NCBI GenBank assembly: GCA_049472395.1
Contig: JBLIRR010000009.1
Coordinates: forward strand, 59,710-123,709
DNA: 64,000 bases
Source: a bacterium
GTDB lineage: Bacteria; SZUA-182; DTGQ01; JBLIRR01
Reading direction: 5' to 3'
The notes beneath the pieces are model-generated. The model did not search any database and was not told where the DNA came from. It saw nothing but the letters and a program-made list of their open reading frames with translations. This document shows, one piece after another, positions 58,490 through 64,000 of this stretch. The translations under genes were made by a program, and so were the position numbers. Each line of letters starts with the position of its first letter. The stretch's first letter is position 1.

Positions 58490-61400
58490 ATGATTAAAAG
58501 AATCAAAAAAATAATAGCATCTATATTTATTTTAAGTTGTATTTTTTTTATTTTTTCAGGAGCATTGCATGCACAATTCTTTGGATTTGATCAATTTATT
58601 ACAAATACGACAAATACTAATATATTTACTTCTACATCATGGCCTTTATTCCAGACTGCGACCACTCAACCTGTTAATTCGTTGTTGTTCATTAATTCCA
58701 TTTTTCCCCAGTCTCCCTTCCCGCAGAATACTAGCCTGAGTTCTTTATTTCCTCAAACTAATCAGCTCTTCTCTAACTGGCCAGTGACTTCCATAACTCC
58801 CATAACCTTCCCTACACTCTCAACCTCGCTCCTTCCTTCATGGTTCTCTCCTTTTGACCGAGGGGGGTGGAACTGGCCACAAGATATAGCCCAAATTGAG
58901 ATTGAGCAGGTGATCAATGAATCATTCGATGAGCAATCGATTTATTTGACTCAGGGAAATTTGATCAGGATTGAGCTTACGGCCAATCCCAGCACCGGCT
59001 ATCAATGGCAAGGAGAGTGGGATAAATCAAAGCTGTCTCTCCATGACCATTTCAATATAATCCCGTCGTCTGTTGGATTGTTGGGTGCAAGTGGGAAGGA
59101 GGTATGGATATTTAAAGCTCTCGCTTTGGGGAAAACAGAAATTTCCTTTGAGTATAAGCGACCATGGAATTTTTATGCTGCTCCTTTAAAGGAGCTCGTG
59201 TTTACTATCATTATCCATGCTGAAGGAAGTATGAATGATCTTGTGGGCAAGGACTCTGACTTTGTGTCCGCGGGCACCGAGAGCCCTGTGTATGGTGCAT
59301 ATGGAAGCGCAATGTACAGTGCAAACGCGACCGCTGCTCCGGAAGCAGCTTTAAGAGATGACCAGGCCCAGATTGCCAGGGAGATTGAAGAGGCTGATAT
59401 AATAAAGATTGAGGGAACGTATCTTTATTTACTGAATAGGTACCGTGGCTTGATAATTTGCAATATTGCAAATCCCCGCAAGCCTTCGATGGAAGGGAGA
59501 ACCCCAATTCCCTCAGGTGATCCCAAGGATATGTATATTGATGGCACTCGTGCCTACATCATAGTCAATTCAGTGAATAGTGAGCTTTCCTATACAACGG
59601 ATCTTTTTGATAATGAAAGCGCAAGTGATCCTTTCATTCCCCCTTCACAACAATCAAGCAGCATTGTAATAGTTAATATATCGAATAAATCGAATCCTCA
59701 CGTAATAACCACCATTGACGTGGAAGGCACTGTAACAGACTCCCGCATTGTCGGAAACATTTTATATGTGGTTTCCTCCGAATACCCTTTATACTATTAT
59801 GCTCAACCACTACCTGTTGCAGTCTTAGAGGGAACTACAACCAGCACGGCACCTGTTGATATTGCTGTTCCTTTGAATGTTGGGATCGGCGAGGCGGTAG
59901 CTATTGAAGTTGTCGCCGGTGAAGGAGTAGCGGTTGGATCTATGGATTCTGAAATGGATGAGAGCATCCCGGAGAGAACCGAACACACTATCCATGTGAC
60001 CTCAATTGATATCTCAAGTGCCGCGAATACGCGAGTTGTCGATCGTCTTGATTTTATCGGCTATACCAACTATATTCATGTCACGGACAAGGCAATATTT
60101 ATCGAATCATACAATAATTCTTACCGTGACGCGAGCACCACTATCACCTTTGTAGACATTTCAGATCATTACGGTGCCATTGAGGAGAGGGGTTCAGTCC
60201 AGATTCCAGGTAGTGTAAAAGATAAATTCAAGATGGATTACTATGATGGCTATTTAAGGGTATGTACCTATAAATGGGACAATGAGGGCGGGGTGAGCAT
60301 TCTCTCTATAATAGATGTGCGCAATCCTGATCGCTTAAATGTAGTAAGTGAGGTGCCAGTGGGACGAGGTGAACAACTCTTCGCCACACGATTCGACGGG
60401 GAGCGTGGCTACCTTGTAACCTTTGAACGGATTGATCCCCTCTGGGTAATTGATCTGAGCAACCCACGTGAGCCTCGAATCGAAGGAGAACTGGAGATAC
60501 CAGGATGGTCAACACACATCGAACCTCGGGGTGAGCGGCTCATTGCGTTGGGAGTAGATGATACAATCGGCCGCAAGGTGTCAGTGTCCCTTTTTGATGT
60601 AAGTGATATGAAGGACCCCCAGCTCATGAGGCGCGTATCATTCGGTGAGGGCAATGGGTGGAGCTCCTCCACAGCCTATGGGGATGTGAAGGCATTAACC
60701 GTGATAGATGATTCGGGATTGATTCTTCTCCCCTATTCTACATCAGTTACTACAGGCGGGAGGTATACCCAGGATCATAGATTGCAGCTTATTGACTTCT
60801 CATATGATGATATAGAGGCGCGCGGCTGGGTGAGCCAGAAGGGCAGTGTCCAGAGAAGCCGCAATATTGCTAACTATCTCTTTTCCGTGTCTCTCGATGA
60901 ACTTCAGGTTATTGATGCAACCAATCGGGATAAACCAGAGATCATCAGTTCACTCCCCTTGGCGCGCAATAGTATAGATTTTGTAGCCCTTAACAATGGC
61001 TATGGCGTGCATTTGACAACCGACGATTACAGCAGCTATTCCCTAAGCGCCGTCCCGCTCTCTGATCCGGAAGACGGAACGGTGATCAGCAGAATTGACC
61101 TTGATGCTCAGAGCACACCCTCTCTTATCGCAAATGGAAACATGGTCTATGTCATAATGACAGAGTATAACACCTACTATCCTTATGGTGTAGAGCCGGC
61201 CATCCCCGTCGTAGATATAGCTGTAAACACAATGGAGGTATCCACGGAGCCGGCGGAACCTTCACGACAGGCAGGTATCACAACGACAGAACCGATGGTC
61301 TTTGCAGCAAATCCGGTCGTCAATTCAACCGAGCCGTCCGTCGGTTCAACCTCAGCGAGTGCTGTGTCCCCATCAGTGGATATAGAAGCTATTGCACCGC

Positions 61401-62476
61401 CGGAGAAGTATTATCCTGTTGCCATGACAACAGTGCAAATTTATGATTTTAGCACTATTACAAGGCCTCGAAAACGAGGCTTTTTAGAGGTCCCGGGGAC
61501 CTATTACGGTCTAAGGGCACGAGGGGAAGCTCTTCCTGTGCATTCATCATCGTATAGCAATTATAATATTATCCAGATTGCCAGTGATGTGCTTGTATTT
61601 AATAAAGCCGAGCCATACTATTATGGGGATAGATACTATATCGCTGCTGAAGGCCCCACTGATGATTCGGCAGATATGGAGGAATTTAGAGGATTGTTGG
61701 TTGTCGATCTTTCAAATCCCGACAAACCGGAATTGGCAGCCCAGGTCCCATATGGTGACATTAATCCCAGGTCACTTTTTGCTGAGGATGAAATACTCTA
61801 TTACTCCTACAGTCGCGACATTAAAGAAGAGGATCAGAAGCGGCCCCAAAGCAAGTATTATTTGGCGAGAGTAAACCTGGCTGATCCTTCTCATCCTTAC
61901 GAGTTTCACCATATTAATATACCAGGATACTGTGTTGGCCTGAATAATTCAGGGGAGTTTGCCTATACAATCAACATTGAGTGGTCGGATGAGGAAGAAG
62001 ATTCCTGGTATCAGGATTATTCATTTAATGTGGTAAAGATTGTGGATGATACAGCTTACTTGTTCGATACGATCCCACTGGACGGCCAGTGGTATAATAC
62101 GATCATTGACAGCGGGTATGCGTACCTTTCCGGATCAGGAGGATATGTGCGGTATTATGACAGTATGCAGTATGGCGCCATCCGCGCTCCATACTATGGC
62201 GGGTATGGTGAATTTATAATTATTGATCTTTCAAATCCGGAAAACCTCGTTGAATATAAACATTCACCCAGCGGAGGGAGCTTTGATATATTTGCTGCGA
62301 GAAACCATTCTCTCTTTGCCCGGGTAAATGGGGGACTCGCCTGCTACGACGTTGCTGATCCGGAGCACCCAAACCTTGAGGAATCAAGACAGGGCTATTC
62401 TTCTACCATTGTATTTTTAAACAATAAAGCATATCTCCCCCTTGGCTATTATGGCCTATGGGTGAAAGGTTTATAA
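58490..62476 (+). CDS. Very large secreted protein: signal peptide - chagasin-like (I42) peptidase-inhibitor domain - extended beta-propeller region (paralog of 22334..24514)
   Basis: Start at ATG 58490 (RBS GGGGCGGAGAG), preferred over the ORF-track start 58424. Signal peptide ...GALHAQ. All three chagasin loops are present: NPSTGYQW, LGASGKE, KRPWN. Downstream region is collinear with the 726-aa beta-propeller protein. Confidence 0.75.
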   Translation: MIKRIKKIIASIFILSCIFFIFSGALHAQFFGFDQFITNTTNTNIFTSTSWPLFQTATTQPVNSLLFINSIFPQSPFPQNTSLSSLFPQTNQLFSNWPVTSITPITFPTLSTSLLPSWFSPFDRGGWNWPQDIAQIEIEQVINESFDEQSIYLTQGNLIRIELTANPSTGYQWQGEWDKSKLSLHDHFNIIPSSVGLLGASGKEVWIFKALALGKTEISFEYKRPWNFYAAPLKELVFTIIIHAEGSMNDLVGKDSDFVSAGTESPVYGAYGSAMYSANATAAPEAALRDDQAQIAREIEEADIIKIEGTYLYLLNRYRGLIICNIANPRKPSMEGRTPIPSGDPKDMYIDGTRAYIIVNSVNSELSYTTDLFDNESASDPFIPPSQQSSSIVIVNISNKSNPHVITTIDVEGTVTDSRIVGNILYVVSSEYPLYYYAQPLPVAVLEGTTTSTAPVDIAVPLNVGIGEAVAIEVVAGEGVAVGSMDSEMDESIPERTEHTIHVTSIDISSAANTRVVDRLDFIGYTNYIHVTDKAIFIESYNNSYRDASTTITFVDISDHYGAIEERGSVQIPGSVKDKFKMDYYDGYLRVCTYKWDNEGGVSILSIIDVRNPDRLNVVSEVPVGRGEQLFATRFDGERGYLVTFERIDPLWVIDLSNPREPRIEGELEIPGWSTHIEPRGERLIALGVDDTIGRKVSVSLFDVSDMKDPQLMRRVSFGEGNGWSSSTAYGDVKALTVIDDSGLILLPYSTSVTTGGRYTQDHRLQLIDFSYDDIEARGWVSQKGSVQRSRNIANYLFSVSLDELQVIDATNRDKPEIISSLPLARNSIDFVALNNGYGVHLTTDDYSSYSLSAVPLSDPEDGTVISRIDLDAQSTPSLIANGNMVYVIMTEYNTYYPYGVEPAIPVVDIAVNTMEVSTEPAEPSRQAGITTTEPMVFAANPVVNSTEPSVGSTSASAVSPSVDIEAIAPPEKYYPVAMTTVQIYDFSTITRPRKRGFLEVPGTYYGLRARGEALPVHSSSYSNYNIIQIASDVLVFNKAEPYYYGDRYYIAAEGPTDDSADMEEFRGLLVVDLSNPDKPELAAQVPYGDINPRSLFAEDEILYYSYSRDIKEEDQKRPQSKYYLARVNLADPSHPYEFHHINIPGYCVGLNNSGEFAYTINIEWSDEEEDSWYQDYSFNVVKIVDDTAYLFDTIPLDGQWYNTIIDSGYAYLSGSGGYVRYYDSMQYGAIRAPYYGGYGEFIIIDLSNPENLVEYKHSPSGGSFDIFAARNHSLFARVNGGLACYDVADPEHPNLEESRQGYSSTIVFLNNKAYLPLGYYGLWVKGL

Positions 62477-62492
62477 GTCGTATAGATCCATA

Positions 62493-62539
62493 ATATGTGT
62501 TCCTGCACTGTCTGGGTAAGGCGGGGCAGGAACACATAT
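62493..62539 (+). terminator. Perfect 14-bp hairpin (ATATGTGTTCCTGC / GCAGGAACACATAT, 19-nt loop) 17 bp after the stop of the large gene
   Basis: Seen in the sequence. No U-tract follows, so it is not a canonical intrinsic terminator. Confidence 0.4.
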
Positions 62540-63059
62540 GAAAAAGATTATAGGAAATTCCTTTTATGATCCAAAATGTTTCATCCGCACCAGCATGCTC
62601 TTGTTCCTTATACCTTTAGGTTTCCGGCTAGCTGGTTAACCTAGAGTCATCTCCCTGACTCTCCTCGCTTTATGAGGTACACACAATAATGCCTGATGGC
62701 GCACGGCTAAATCCGCTATGACGCCAGCTGAGCAAATTGGCAATAATAGCATCGTTAAAAAGACGCCATGAAAATTCAAGAATTGAGCTTGCAGCATGGA
62801 AAATCATTGTAAAATTTCCTAATTAAGCTCGTACCGCGAAATTGCTAAACTCACTTACATTCAAACAGTTGCAATTTTCTTAATTTATAGGAATGTGTTA
62901 CAATTATCTTTAAGAGCGTGTCTGAAAAATATTTGTATGCCCTATGGACAAAAGGAAACCTCTAATATAAGATTAAATACGGTAAAAGAGTAAAATATAA
63001 GAACAGCGAAAAGAAATAGGGTGTTACTGAAAGGCATAAAGGAGGAAAGGGTAGCTCGA

Positions 63060-64000
63060 ATGTATAAGGTTTTTATCTCCAGTACTTATCTCGATAATAT
63101 ACAAAGACGGAAGGTTGTTCAGGATGCCATCACTGCGGCGAAAATGGTATGGCATGGTATGGAAATCTTTACTGCCAGCACACGGCCTACGGTAGAGGAA
63201 TGTCGCCGATGTGCAAAGGAGGCGGATCTGCTGGTGGGGATCATTGCCTGGCGTTATGGATGGGTGCCCGATGGTGAAGAAAGGTCCATAACCGAAATGG
63301 AATACGATGCTGCCAGGGATAAGTTGATGTTTCAACTGGACCCGAAGCTTCCGGTTAATCCTGATCAGGATTTTGATCCGGGAGAAGATCGATGGGATAA
63401 ACAGAAAAAGCTGGAGGCCTTTAAAAAACGTTTTGCCAAAGAGCAGATGCCTGCCTATTTCAGGGAAGAGACCTTGGGTCAGAAAGTCCTGGATGCTTTA
63501 AACAAGTGGAGGGAAGGTCGTGAGAAACAAACTGAAAAGAAGGGATGGAAGCGATCATCAAGGCCAAGCCAAGGCCCTTCCCGCAGCAAAAAAGAAAGAG
63601 AGGCTGAAGAGATAGCCTCATACTGCAAAAAAGTGGAATCCCTCCATGTGAATCTGCCGGTCGCCGGATTTGCCGAACATATTAAAGTTCCCATCGATAT
63701 TGAGGATCTCTACGTGCCCTTAAGGGCTATGATGGATTTAAGAGGCATTGCCGGAGAGATCTTTCATGATGCAGATCATGCTGAAAAGTGTCTCAGGGCC
63801 TGCAAAGGAGGCTGTGAGATTGCCCTTACCGACGCCTTTAAGCAGGCAGAATCACGCAAGCAGAAAGGGCTCGTCATTCTTGGTGATCCCGGATCAGGGA
63901 AAACCACCCACTTAAAATGTTTACTCCTGTGGTGCCTGCGAAAAGGGCCGCAGACCCTCGGCCTTCCTCCTGAAATGATCCCTGTGTTTTTACCTTTGAG
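63060..64000 (+). CDS. DUF4062-like N-terminal domain + P-loop (NACHT/STAND-type) NTPase, 3'-truncated by the window end (not in the ORF track because it has no stop)
   Basis: ATG at 63060 preceded by AAGGAGG (63039-63045). Open frame to 64000. MYKVFISSTYLDNIQRRKVV...ADLLVGIIAWRYGWVP resembles DUF4062. Walker A ILGDPGSGKTTHL at the end of the window. Confidence 0.6.
   Translation, partial: MYKVFISSTYLDNIQRRKVVQDAITAAKMVWHGMEIFTASTRPTVEECRRCAKEADLLVGIIAWRYGWVPDGEERSITEMEYDAARDKLMFQLDPKLPVNPDQDFDPGEDRWDKQKKLEAFKKRFAKEQMPAYFREETLGQKVLDALNKWREGREKQTEKKGWKRSSRPSQGPSRSKKEREAEEIASYCKKVESLHVNLPVAGFAEHIKVPIDIEDLYVPLRAMMDLRGIAGEIFHDADHAEKCLRACKGGCEIALTDAFKQAESRKQKGLVILGDPGSGKTTHLKCLLLWCLRKGPQTLGLPPEMIPVFLPL

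Noticed and set aside
62560-62760. Possible tRNA or small RNA in the 520-bp gap before the NTPase gene
   Set aside because: No cloverleaf-compatible arms or T-loop GTTCRANYC-type motif could be found by eye. Left as unexplained non-coding leader.
1-64000. CRISPR arrays, rRNA, tRNA, IS transposases
   Set aside because: No spaced repeat arrays, no rRNA-like conserved stretches, no tRNA-like structures, and no transposase-like ORFs were detected on reading the sequence.

Overview
The window is about 40% GC with dense coding on both strands, probably from an anaerobic, signalling-rich bacterium. Its phylum is not determinable from the sequence. Ordinary content is a nifU-nifS Fe-S assembly pair, many PAS sensor kinases (one hybrid kinase of 1371 aa with a CxxCH heme-type sensor domain), a sigma-54 two-component pair, an HD-GYP protein, a vapBC pair and an SsuABC-like ABC importer. 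Less ordinary content falls into seven groups. (1) A tandem array of five paralogous small secreted P/W/Y-rich proteins at 12.5-16.5 kb shares an invariant LPPYNTLWPLWSP motif, with divergent copies at 6.3 kb and 48.9 kb. (2) A minus-strand operon at 29.3-33.9 kb encodes an M50 metalloprotease with a PqqD-like N-terminal domain, an SPFH/band-7 domain fused to a radical-SAM/SPASM enzyme, a second radical-SAM/SPASM enzyme, and a leaderless repetitive P/W/Y-rich protein. This is a candidate undescribed peptide/protein-modification system that may be linked to the secreted family. (3) An operon at 37.6-46.7 kb combines two OmpA-anchored SsuA-like periplasmic modules, a VWA lipoprotein, a TelA-like protein and the ABC importer. 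(4) An AbiEi/AbiEii cassette sits downstream of the ABC ATPase gene and is followed by a degenerate, internally deleted duplicate of that gene's 3' end. (5) An HTH-GHKL ATPase-STAS protein is bracketed by 11-mer ATTGTCAAC direct repeats. (6) Two paralogous secreted beta-propeller proteins are present, the larger (about 1330 aa) carrying a chagasin-like peptidase-inhibitor domain. (7) A DUF4062-like/P-loop STAND-type NTPase gene is truncated by the window end and is absent from the ORF track. No rRNA, tRNA or CRISPR array was seen.
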